From positions 72,354,001-72,418,000 of the forward strand of contig OX597821.1 of assembly GCA_951406725.2 (NCBI GenBank): a stretch of DNA of 64,000 nucleotides, read 5' to 3'. Below the pieces are notes generated by a model. That model worked only from the letters and a program-made list of their open reading frames with translations. It made no database searches and was not told the origin of the DNA. The first letter of the stretch is position 1; each line of letters begins with the position of its first letter. This stretch comes from Octopus vulgaris (Eukaryota). This document shows, piece after piece, positions 50,855 to 62,329 of this stretch. Both the position numbers and the translations under genes were made by a program.

Positions 50855-51774
50855 TCGAAAATTTTCCCGAAAATTTTACCCAAAAATTTTTCCAAAATTT
50901 TCACCGAAAATTTTCCCAAAAATTTTTTGAAAATTTTTGCCGAAACTTCTCTCCAAAAATTTTTCGAAAATTTTCACCAAAAATTTTTGCCGAAAATTTT
51001 CCCCAAAGATTTTTCGAAAATTTTCACAGAAATTTTACCTAAAAATTTTACGAAAATTTTCCCCAAAAACTTTTCGAAGAGTTCCACTGAAAATTGTACC
51101 AAAAATTTTTCGAAAATTTTCCCTAAAGATTTTTCGAAAATTTTAACCAAAAATTTTACGAAAATTTTCCCCAAAAATTTTTCGAAAATTTTCCCCAGAA
51201 ATTTTTGGAATAGTTTCACTGAAAATTTTACCAAATAATTTTCCGAAAATTTTCCCCAAAAGTTTTCTCCAAAAACTTTTCGAAAATTTTCACGGAAAAT
51301 TTTCCAGTTTTCACCGAAAATTTTAGCGAAAATTTTTCGAAAATTTTACCCAAAAATCTTTCGAAAGTTTTCACCGAAAATTTTACCCAAAAATTTTTCC
51401 AAAATTTTCACCAAAATTTTCCCAAAAATTTTTCGAAAATTTTCACTAAATATTTTCACCAAAAACTTTTAGAAAATTTTCATGGAAAACTTTCCCCAAA
51501 AATTTTTGGAAACTTTTCACCGAAAATTTTCCCCAAAAATTTCACCGAAAATTTTCAAAACTTTTCACCGAAAATCTTCCGCAAAAATTTTTCGAAAATT
51601 TTAAACAAAAATTTTTAGAAAATTTTCGACGATACTTTTCCCCGAAAATTTTCCCAAAATTTTCATCGAAAATTTTCCACAAAAATTTTTCAAAAATTAT
51701 CACTGGAAATTTTTCCAAAATTTTCACCGAAAATTTTACCTAAAAATTTTAGCGGTGCCAAAATCACAAATTAT

Positions 51775-52126
51775 GGCCTTCCATACTTTGTGATTTTGGC
51801 ACTGCTGGCCTTCCATACTTTTTGATTTTGGCACCACTGGCCTTCCATACTTTTTAATTTTGGCACTGCTGGCCTTCCATACTTTTTGATTTTGGCACCG
51901 CTGGCTTTCCATACTTTTTGATTTTGGCACCACTGGCCTTCTATACTTTTTGATTTTGGCACAGCTTGCCTTCCATACTTTTTAATTTTGGCACTGCTGG
52001 CCTTCCATACTTTTTGATTTTGGCACCGCTGGCTTTCCATACTTTTTGATTTTGGCACCGCTGGCCTTCTATACTTTTTGATTTTGGCACAGCTAGCCTT
52101 CCATACTTTGTGATTTTGGCACCGCT
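51775..52126. repeat. 32-bp tandem array, 11 copies, with an inverted leader unit
   Basis: Unit GGCCTTCCATACTTTTTGATTTTGGCACCGCT. 51751-51770 is the exact reverse complement of 52107-52126. Confidence 0.95.
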
Positions 52127-52374
52127 GGCCTTGTGATTTTTCGAATATTTTTACCCAAAATTTTTCCAAAATTTTCACCGAAAATTCTACCCAAAAATTT
52201 TTCGAAAATTTACCGAAAATTTTCCCCAAAGATTTTTCGAAAATTTTCACCGAAATTTTACCCAAAACTTTTACGAAAATTTTCCACAAAAACTTTTCGA
52301 AGAGTTCCACTGAAAATTGTACCAAAAAATTTTTCGAAAATTTTACCCAAAAATTTGTCGAAAATTTTACCCGA

Positions 52375-52580
52375 GCTAAAAATAGATGTTATGGCTAAAA
52401 ATAGATTTTTATGTAGCTCTTGCTGCTGCTTTCTGTGTATAGAGTGAATTCTGGTTTAATATTACAGTCAAGATGCCTCACCATCCCCGATACACCAGAT
52501 TCTGCTTTACACTTAACAACTTATGACGATATCGACTTTTATAGACTTCAGCATATGGAGCATATTCGTTATATGGGTTT
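52375..52580 (+). other. Endogenous CRESS-DNA-virus-like ori plus truncated rep, copy 2
   Basis: TAATATTAC at 52457-52465. ATG at 52473. RFCFTLNN, a 1-bp insertion, then YDDIDFYRLQHMEHIRYMGF. Confidence 0.75.
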
Positions 52581-53462
52581 TCGAAAATTTTCCCCAAAAA
52601 TTTTTCCAAAATTTTCACCAAAAATTTTTCCAAAATTTTCACCAAAAATTTTCCCAAAAATTTTTTGAAAATTTTTGCCGAAAATTCTCCCCAAAAATTT
52701 TTCGAAAATTTACCGAAAATTTTCACCAAAAATTTTTCGAAAATTTAACGAATATTTTCACCGAAAATTTTACCCAAAACTTTTTGCCGTTAATTTTCTC
52801 CAAAGATTTTTCGAAAATTTTCACCGAAATTTTACCCAAAACTTTTTGCTGTTAATTTTCCCCCAAAACTTTTCGAAGAGTTCCACTGAAAATTCTCCCC
52901 AAAAATTTTTCGGAAATTTACCGAATATTTTCACCGAAAATTTTACTCAAAAATTTTTGACGAAAATTTCCCCAAAGACTTTTCGAAAATTTTCACCAAA
53001 ATTTTACCCAAAAAGTATCAGTGACAGAAGATTATTATTATTATCATCATCATCATCATTGTTTAACATCTGCTTTCCATGCTGGCATGGGTTGGACGGT
53101 TTGACTGAGGACTGGCAAGCCAGGAGGCTGCACCAGGCTCCAATCTGATCTGGTAAGGTTTCTACAGCTTGATGCCCTTCCTAATGCCAACCACTCAGAG
53201 AGTGTAATGGGTGCTTTTTACGTGCCACTAGCACAGGAGCCATTCAGGTGGCACTGGCAACAACCATGCTCAAACAGTGCCTTTTGAGTGCCATCGGCAC
53301 AGGAGCCAGTCAATCTTGTGTTAACATGTTACTTTGAGATTTTGATGATGTGATTGTCTTAGAATGACTTTTAATTATAAAAAAAAAACGTATCCATTGT
53401 AGAAAGTGCTGGAAATTTTTTAACCATATTCTCTCTATTTTTTCCATTTTCATTTTATATAG

Positions 53463-53678
53463 AAAGAATTTGATGGTCCAATTATGGAATTTCCAGATAT
53501 ACTTTTGCATCTGGGAAGTGTGAAATCTAATCTTCAATCATTTACAACTAATACCAAATTTTTACCAATATTCTCTTCGTTTCGGAACTTTTGTGGACTC
53601 ACCTGGTTCCTACATGTCCGTGACCAGCTGTCATTGCATAACAGATTGCGAAGATCTTACATAGAAAGGCAGCGCATT
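53463..53678 (+). CDS. CPLANE1: CPLANE1-like coding exon 17
   Basis: FRNFCGLTWFLHVRDQLS (compare FRELCALCWMLHVRDKLS). Phase 0 to 0. Confidence 0.92.
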
Positions 53679-53837
53679 GTAAGTGTTCTTATCTTTTACT
53701 AATTTCATTATCGTCACTGGTAAATTGCTAAACTAAATGCCTCACAGAAATATTTTAAATTTGGCTCTCTTCAAATCTGAGTTCAAATCTCCCCAGAGTT
53801 GTCTGACTATTTAGTTTTTCTGTATAAATAAATAAAT

Positions 53838-54080
53838 TGGGCGTTGTGTGTGTTTATTGAACGAAAACACCTAAAGCTCCACGAGGCTCCAGCAGGGGTA
53901 GTGGCGACCCCTGCTGTACTCTTTCGCCCCAACTTTCTCTCACTCTTTCTTCCTGTTTCTTGAGTAATGCTGCGATGGACTGGTGTCCCGTCCAGCTGGG
54001 GGGAACACATACGCCATAGAAACTGGGAAACCGGGCCCATGAGCCTGGCTAGGCTTGAAAAGGGCGCAAGGAAAAAAGAA
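53838..54080 (+). mobile_element. SINE fragment with V/Meta-domain-like core
   Basis: GCTGCGATGGACTGGTGTCCCGTCCAG...ATAGAAACTGGGAAACCGGGCC with an A-rich tail. Confidence 0.5.
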
Positions 54081-55171
54081 AGATTGTGTAATGTAAGTGT
54101 GTATGGAGAACTGAGCAGGGATGAGGTAAGAGGGGAAAAAGGACATCAGATAAATTAGTTGTAGAGTACAAGAGAGAAGACTGCTGAACCGTTATGGACA
54201 TGTGATGCCTGTGAAAGATGACATGAGGTATTGAAGAAGTCTCAGGCGACCAAAGTGGAAGGAGCCTGCAAAAATGATCAAAGAAGTGCTGAAGTCTCAT
54301 TACAGGTCTTAGATTTCCCAATGGAAATGACAAAGAGCCTGCAACAAATGCTGTGCCAAAATGAGGAAAAAAAGAAACGTAATGTGACGATGATATATTC
54401 TGAGTAAAAACTCTAAGATGGCCAACTTTGCCAATCGCCTCCAAGGCTGATAATATAAATATTTGACACACATTATGGATGATTTAATCAACTTCAACAT
54501 TAATGAAATCTGCAGAGTGTAGAATTTCAATATACGTATCCATATTATGTCTCAGTTGGTTTGATATCAAATCACAAATGAGTGCCTGACACTGAATTTT
54601 TTGACTGAAGACTAGAAATATCATCATCATCGTTTAACGTCCGTTTTCCATGCTAGCATGGGCTGGACGGTTCAGCCGGGGTCTGGAAAGTCAGAAGGCT
54701 GCACCAGGCTCCAGTCTGATCTGGCAATGTTTCTACAGCTTGATGCCCTTCCTAACGCCAACCACTCCATGAGTGTAGTGGGTGCTTTTTAAGTGCCACC
54801 GGCACAGGTGCCAGGCGAGGCTGGTAACAGCCATGATCAGTTGGTGCGTTTTATGTGCCACCGGCACGAAAGCCGGTCATGGCAGTGCTGGCATCGGCCA
54901 CGTTCGGATGGTGCTTTTTATGTGCCACCAACACAGGTATCACAACTACAATTTCCATTTGATATTTATTTTGATGTTGATGTACCTGACTCAATAGGTC
55001 TCCTCAAGCACAATTACTGATAAGTAATTTTAGATGTATAATAATTGGCACAAATCATCATCAGAAAGGTATAATTTGGTCGGTGTTTCATGTCATTTAG
55101 CGAATTAATATGTAATTTTTACATTTACTGACTAAATTTCAAATTGGTTACAATTTTGCAAATTGTTTACA

Positions 55172-55578
55172 GGCGCAGGAGTGGCTGTGTGGTAAGTAGC
55201 TTACTTACCAACCACATGGTTCCAGGTTCAGTCCCACTGCGTGGCATCTTGGGCAAGTGTCTTCTACTATAGCCTCGGGCCGACCAAAGCCTTGTGAGTG
55301 GATTTGGTTAATGGAAACTGAAAGAAGCCCGTCGTATATATGTATGTGTGTGTGTGTGTGTGTTTGTGTATCTGTGTTTGTCCCCCTAGCATTGCTTGAC
55401 AACCGATGCTGGTGTGTTTACGTCCCCGTCACTTAGCGGTTCGGCAAGAGAGACCGATAGAATAAGTACTGGGCTTACAAAAGAATAAGTCCCGGGGTCG
55501 AGTTGCTCGATTAAAGGCGGTGCTCCAGCATGGCCGCAGTCAAATGACTGAAACAAGTAAAAGAGTAAAAGAGTAAAA
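55172..55578 (+). mobile_element. Full-length tRNA-derived CORE-like SINE (octopus OR-like)
   Basis: A box GTGGCTGTGTGGT, B box GGTTCAGTCCC, core CTTGGGCAAGTGTCTT, internal (TG)n, (GTAAAAGA)n tail. Partial copies near 17336, 23030, 36185, 41200 and 63800. Confidence 0.8.
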
Positions 55579-56096
55579 TGTACTTTTCATTAAACCAGAT
55601 TTTTACTCAAGTAAGCAGTGAGTGTAGAGTTTCCTCCCTTGTGCAGCGATTTCAATCCAAGTGTCGGGCATTGAAATTCTATTTTTGGTTTATCCATGTA
55701 TAATCCCCATCCTGTATTAGCTTCCGGATATTTAGAAAGGAATGGAATACAAAGCTACATGGTTCCAAAACGATCTGTGGTCACTTAACCACGCCTACAT
55801 GGATGTGTACAGAGTTTCAGCCTCGGACAGCAATGACTTTAGCCTCCACTGGTTTAGGGAATGAAGACATTACCCCTATTAAAGGCACCAGGCAAGGGAT
55901 AAAGTCTCCTAAACAATAATAATGAGCTTGGTCAAGTGAAATCTTAGAGCAGAAGACATTTATCCAAAGTGTCACATAACCACAGAGCTGCAAAGTAAAC
56001 TGAGACCACTTTTTCTTGCACCGCCATCTTTTTTTCCTGTCTTCTATTGGTCAGTCCACGGTACATTTAATACCTCCCCCCAGTTTCACCCTTTGA

Positions 56097-56316
56097 CCCC
56101 ACTTTGCATTCAGATTACTTTTAAATGTAATGTTTATTTATTCAAATTGTTTTGAGTTAATCTCGTGTTAACCTGTTACTTTGAGATTTTGATGATGTGA
56201 TAGTTTATTTTTAGAACGACATTGTAGGATAGGTGTGAGAGACCAGATCTGTTCAGTTTGAACATAAAACTGGAAGACTATTTGGGCCAAATAGGGCTGG
56301 TTTAAATGCAAAAGGG
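56097..56316. mobile_element. Second, older piggyBac-type MITE
   Basis: TTGA|CCCCACTTTGCATTCAGA ... TTTAAATGCAAAAGGG|TTAA. An internal piece recurs at 53311-53370. Confidence 0.55.
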
Positions 56317-56635
56317 TTAAGCATCCCTGTCCTTCAACACCATTTTATGTCCACTTTTCCATTCCGGCATCGGTCAACTGGTTTCACTGGGTCTGTCTTC
56401 TAGGATGCCTGTGTTCTTGGATGCCCTTTTGTGTTGCCAACCCTTTTAGTTGCCTCTTACAACTTGCAGGAACAGAATCTACCTTCTCTAAAACTAGAAT
56501 ACACTTGCTAATCTCTCTTTAAACATATTAAAATTACTTTTTTCCCTAATTTATTTTTTAGAAATAAAAAAAACTCTGTTTTGTTTGCTAAGCATTAAAT
56601 ATAATTTTCTGTATTCATTTTATTTACTTTTTAAG

Positions 56636-58251
56636 AAACCATCTACATTAAAAGATGAAGAATGGTGTGCTTTGTGTGAAGTTTGTCTTACCTGGAATGT
56701 TCATTTCATCCCATTCAGCCATTATTTAGCTGATGAAGAATGGTCTTACAAAGTTCTTCTCTCAGTTTTATCAGAATTGGAACCTTCAGTTTATACAGCT
56801 CAAATCCTGGCAACTTTCTGTCACGATGTGGAACAGCTTGATTCTGAAGTTCAAGAAAAACTGGAAATTTTGTTGAAACGATGGCAAACATTTCCAGTTA
56901 TCAAGGTCCAAAGTATTAAGCAAAAAAGTGGCATTATCAGAAGAAGTTCTTCATCTGAGAAGTCTTTGTCAGTATACTTCCAAGAATATTGCAGTTCTGT
57001 GGAGAAGACAATGGATAAAAAAAAGAACTACTTTGGAAATTACTGTGAGTTTATGTTTGATTCCAAAACCGCCACAGAACATAGTATTAATGTTGGTTCT
57101 TTCCCATTTGAAACATGTGAATCATATGGTAAATTCTTGGATATGTTTTATGACATTTCCTTTTCAAAACTTCTGGAAGAAGAGAGATCACAATCAAAGT
57201 CATTCTCCCCATTGCTTGATGTATTCACGGAAGAAATTGTTGCCATGCAAATGGAATCCATGCCATTTCGAACAATGACAGGTCGACATCCTAAACAGAG
57301 TCTGCTTATTTTATCAAAGCCATGCAAAGAAGCGACCAATTTCCAAGATTCCAGTAATATATTGGATCCAAGTTTTGGTTCAGTTAATCAACAAACTCCT
57401 AAAAAAACCAAAGGTCTTTTTAATCGGAGTCATTCAGCCGATGCCTCATGTCACTACTCTGCTACAAGTCCTGTTAGTCAAATGACTGCAGTTGAGAAAA
57501 GACAGTTGTGGAGCCAAGCTAAAAGGAGGCAGGACAGATGTAGAGAAACGACGATGCCACGGAGTAACAGATCAAAATCTTTGGATAGTATTTCAGACAA
57601 ACAAAATATTCTGTGGTCATTTGATATTGATTTTGGTTCTCAGTATTTGAAACTGAACCAGTTGGTTGATTGGCTGATTATGTGGGCTAAAAAGAACCAT
57701 ATTCTCATTTCTCAACTTGAAGAGGAACAAAAAGATGGAGATTCTGCCATGCATGCCATTGTCCAGCCTCAGTTGTTGGTTCTTGCTTTGTGGCTTTTGG
57801 AACAGAAGTATTATCCTTTAACTAATACAACTACAGATAACCATTCAGTCCAGTTTCCTTCCAGTCTAAAAGAAACCTCCAAGAAACTGACTTCTCAGAG
57901 TTCCAGAAGTCACTTAGAAAAGAAGAAAAGAAAGAAAAAGAGTGATTCTTCATCTCTGTCAAAAGACAAAGAACCTTCGCTTCCTCCAGCTCTTTCATTT
58001 GACAAAGAAGAATTTAGAAAATGGTTGAGAAGTTCAGAGAATGGAATTGAAGCCAGAAATGAACAGGAAACTCAGTCTTTGACATCAAATAAAATTGGCA
58101 GCAAAACTAAGAAAAAAAAGAAAAAACAAAAACAGAAAGTGGTATGGAATCCTTTGGAAACGATGAAACCTCTCAAATTTAAAAACCTGGAAGAGGAAGA
58201 ACAAGAAGAACGTGAAGAAGTGAATCAAGCGTACGAATACGTTCTCCACAC
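56636..58251 (+). CDS. CPLANE1: CPLANE1-like coding exon 18 (1616 nt)
   Basis: 556-codon ORF including PFSHYLADEEWSYKVLLSVLSEL, YGKFLDMFYDISF and LNQLVDWLIMWA. AC|GTGAGT. Phase 0 to 2. Confidence 0.9.
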
Positions 58252-58904
58252 GTGAGTAAATTGGTTGTTGTTGTTGTTGTTAATTAGTCTTTGATTGGCT
58301 CTGATCAAAGATGGCCATCCTGTTGTGTTTTAGACATAATTGTGTATGTAGAACTAATTATCCAACATGTTTGCTTATCCTTTTAAAACAGCTGGTTGTG
58401 AGTCCTTCCTCCTGATTAAGCTAGAGAGAGAGAGAGAGATATTTGGCTGCTATTTTTTGCAGGTTAAGTGACCATGTGAAGATTCCCTTACTGACTTAAT
58501 TAGTAATTTTGTGTTTGCAGCTGTGATTACCAAACATCATCATCATCATTGTCATTTAATGTCCATGTTCCAAGCTGGCATGGGTTGGATGGTTTAACTG
58601 ACTTTACTGGGCTCAAACACGGTCTTGTACTCCAGGGTTTCTATGGCTGGATGCCCTTACTAATGGCAGTCACTTTACAGTATGTGCTGAATGCTTTTTT
58701 TCATGCCACTGACACTAGTAAGGTCGCCATGCAGCTTGCAAGGTTGTGAAACCCAAGGGAGCAGCTTGTTAGGAGAAGAGGAGTTTAAAGTATGGGAAGA
58801 TCTGTTTACTGCAAAACACTTTAGATGCTAGTAACTAGTCCAAACATTACAATTAGCCCTGGTGAATTGAAAACTTAATCAAGTTGTAATAAATTTAGTA
58901 GTGT

Positions 58905-61420
58905 TTACAAATTTCCTGTGAATGGACAGAGATTTAGAGACGTGTTACTTGAAGCTTTTGATGAAAAAAAGGAGGACATAGCATCACATAATGTGGAAAA
59001 AAACTGGAGGTTCCTATGGGACAACCTGTTGAGGGCTTCTGACCAGATTTGGGGATGGTGCAAAGTCCCATCTTGGTCTAAAGTAACGTGGTGGTGGAAC
59101 AATGTAGTTGACAGGGCCATTAGAGAAAAGAAACAAGTATGGAAGGACTGGAAGAACAGTGGTAGCAGGGAACTGTGTCAGATTGCCAGAAGAGAAGCTA
59201 GGAGAGACAGGTTTACTTAGCAAGAGGGGAGGCAGATAAGAAAATATTTGCCAGTGTTCTGCATCGCGAGGACCAAAGACTTGAGGTGTTTTGTGTTGCA
59301 AGACAGTGTGTGACAGAGAATCAAGATGTCATAGGAGAGAAATGTGTCTGCATGGATGACGGCTCACTTGCATTAAATGAGGCTGCAAGGAGAAAGACCT
59401 GGAGACGCCACTATGAAAGGTTGCTAAAGGAAGAGAATGAATGGGAGAAAGAGAGCCTGCCAAATATCGACCCAACAAAGGGACCAGCTATCCAAACTGA
59501 CAGTACTTTGGTAGATAAAGCAATTAAAGGTATAAAGACAAGGAAAGCCCCTGGCCCATCAGGAATCACTGCAGAGATGCTTAAAATATCTGGCAGTGTC
59601 GGCTATAGTCTAGTTACCTGTATAGTCAATCAGGTGATACATGAATCAGTCACACCCAATGACTGGTGTAGCAGCACCATAGTCAACTGCTACAAAGGTA
59701 AAGGTGACGCCCTAGATACAAATAATTTCAGAGGTGTCAAATTGTTAGATCAGGTGATAAAAGTCATAAAGAGGGTCATAGCCCAACTAATTAGGGAGAG
59801 AGTTAGTTTAGACAAGATGCAATTTGGGTTTGTGCCAGGGAGAAGCACCACTGACGTCAATATTTCTGGTAAGATAGCTGCAAGAGAAATACCTAACCAA
59901 AGATAAACCCCTGTACTTGGCTTTTGTTGACATGGAGAAAGCTTTTGACAGGGTCCCCTGATCCCTTATCTTGTGGTCAATCTAGAAACTAGGGATATAT
60001 GAGTGGTTAGTGAGAGCTGTACAAGTCAGGTACAGGGATGCTGTCAGTAAAGTGAGGCTCAGCAACGAGTATAGTGAAGATTTCAGGGTACAAGTAGAAG
60101 TTCACCAAGGATCGGTGCTCAAGCCCCTCTTATTCATCATAGTCTTCCAGGCAATAACAGAGGAATTCAAGATGAGATGCCCCTGGTATCTCCGATATGT
60201 TGATGACCTTGCTCTAATAGCTGAACCACTATCAGAATTAGAAAAGAAATTTAGGGTGTGGAAGCAAGGTCTAGAATTGAAGGGCCTTAGAGTCAGTCTA
60301 GCAAAAACCAAAGTCTTAATAAGTCGGAAGGCAGACAAACCACAAATCCCTTCAGGTGGATAGCCTAGCTCGATCTGTAGAAAAGGTGTAGGTAGAAACT
60401 CCATAAGATGTACCTAATGTAAGCTATGGACACATAAGAGATGCAGCAATATCAAAGAATGGCTAACTGGGAAGATAATGTTTGTGTGTGGCAGATGCAC
60501 AAGGGCAATAAACACTGAAAATATGCAGAAAACAGCTTCCATCACATTCCAGGAAGAAAAACTAGAAGTAGTTGATAGTTTCCATTATCTAGTCATAACT
60601 ATTAGAGTAAGAATAGCCTGGGTTCAAAGAGCTGCTACCTCTGCTGGTAACAAAGGGGCTCTTGCTCAAACTGAAAGGTAGACTGTATGATGCATGTGTA
60701 CGAACAGCCCTGCTACACTGTAGTGAAACATGGGCCGTGACTGCCCATGGTGTAAGCTTGCAAGAAATGAAGGTAGTATACTCCGCTGGATGTGTAATGT
60801 TAGTGTGCATATACAACAAATTGTAAGCACCTTGGACATAAGAAGCATCAGATGTGGTGTTCAAGAGAGATGACTGCACTGGTATGATCATGTGTTGCAT
60901 ATGGATGAGGACAGCTGTGTGAAAAAGTGTCACACCCTAGCAGTAGAGGGAACTTGTGGAAGAGGTAGACCCAGGAAGACCTGGAATGAGGTGGTGAAGC
61001 ACGACCTTCAAACGTTGGGCCTCACAGAGGCAATGACAAGTGACTGAGACCTTTAGAGATATGCTGTGCTTGAGAAGACTCAGCAAGCCAAATGAGACCG
61101 TAACCGTGACCTATGCCAGTGTCGCATAATCAGCCCCTTTAAGAGTGTCCTTCAATCATTGGGCAATATACTGTACTTGAGAAGACCTGTTGAGTCAAGT
61201 GAAATCATTGTTGTGGCTGATGCCAGCGACGTTTGACTGGTACATAAAAAGCACCATTTGAGCATAGCAATGTCAGTCCCAGCAGACTGGCATCCGTGCC
61301 AATGGCACATAAAATGCACCGTACGAATGTGGTCGGTGCCTGTGCCGTCTGACTGGTCCCATGCTAGTGGCACATAAAAAGCACCATTCAAGCATGGTCG
61401 TTGCCAGTGCCACCTCACTG
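58905..61420 (+). mobile_element. RTE-clade LINE, 5'-truncated ~2.5-kb copy (RT domain, Cys-rich insert, partial 3' UTR)
   Basis: KAPGPSGITAEML, QFGFVPGRSTTD, DMEKAFDRV, VHQGSVLKPLLF and YVDDLAL, with multiple stops and frameshifts. Confidence 0.93.
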
Positions 61421-62257
61421 GCTCTCTTTATTAAATCCATAAGGGTAGAATGTTCCCATTCTGTTGTTCAGACCAAGGGTAATTTTCGTTTAGTTAATCC
61501 CCTAATTGTGATGTCACCGGCTCATTCCACTTGAATTTGAACCAGGGTACACACTGGTTGACTGACTCATAACCACTGAGTAAACTACTATGTTTAATAC
61601 CTGAAAATTTAATCATTATCCCATTCATCATCATCATCATTGTTTAGCATCCGGTTTTCATGCTGGCATGGGTTGAGCGGTTTGACTGGGGACTGGCAAC
61701 CCAGGAGGCTGCACCAGGCTCCAATCTAATTTAGCTAGGTCTCTATGGCTGACTGCCCTTCCTAACACTAACTACTTCGAGAGTGTAGTGGGTGCTTTTT
61801 ACGTGCCACCGGCATGGGAGCCAGTCAGGCGGCACTGGCATCAACCACATTTGGATGGTGCTTTTTATGTGTCACCGGCACAGGAGCCAGTTGTTGGGAA
61901 CTGGCATCAGCCATGTTTGGATGGTATTTTTATGTGCCACCGACATGGGGAGCCAGTCGACTCATGCTTGAATGGTGCTCCAGCAGAAATCTATTCTACT
62001 CCCCACTTTTACCTCTTATTAGCCCTTATTATCTTAGCAAAATATTTGGTTTTGTTTTTTCTTTATGGTTTTGCTTGAAGAAATTTAATGTAAGTTCTAC
62101 GAAATGATGGTTGTTTCAATATAAATATCTTCAGTCAATTCTAAACTAATGTAAAACTATTTAATTCAAGATTTTCTTTTTTATGATTGCATATAAAATG
62201 ATGCTGATGTGTAAACTTTTGTTTTATTATACATAATTTTATTTGCATATTTTTCAG

Positions 62258-62329
62258 TATCAATGAAGGGAGTTTTGCCACAGAACTCAGCAATGTCTCA
62301 GCAGTTTCTGAGACTCAACAGACCCAAGA
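62258..62329 (+). CDS. CPLANE1: CPLANE1-like coding exon 19 (gene continues beyond the window)
   Basis: TTTTCAG|T ATC AAT GAA GGG...CAA GA|GTGAGT. INEGSFATELSNVSAVSETQQTQ. Phase 2 to 2. Confidence 0.7.

Larger units (their letters stand above)
50220..53015. repeat. AAAATTTT(C/G)-based satellite-like composite with inverted arms
   Basis: Phased AAAATTTT units at about 10-12 bp spacing. 50240-50495 is the reverse complement of 51415-51672. Confidence 0.9.

Noticed and set aside
50220-53023. CACTGA...TCAGTG at the outer ends of the composite, suggesting CACTA/Transib termini
   Set aside because: Only 6 bp, with no matching TSD (AATGA versus ACAGA), and the left motif recurs internally.
50316-53148. 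Many ORFs rich in KIF/ENF/PKIF and PKSKSME repeats
   Set aside because: These are translations of the stop-poor satellite and the 32-bp array in several frames and on both strands. Only the Rep-like N-terminus is complex sequence.
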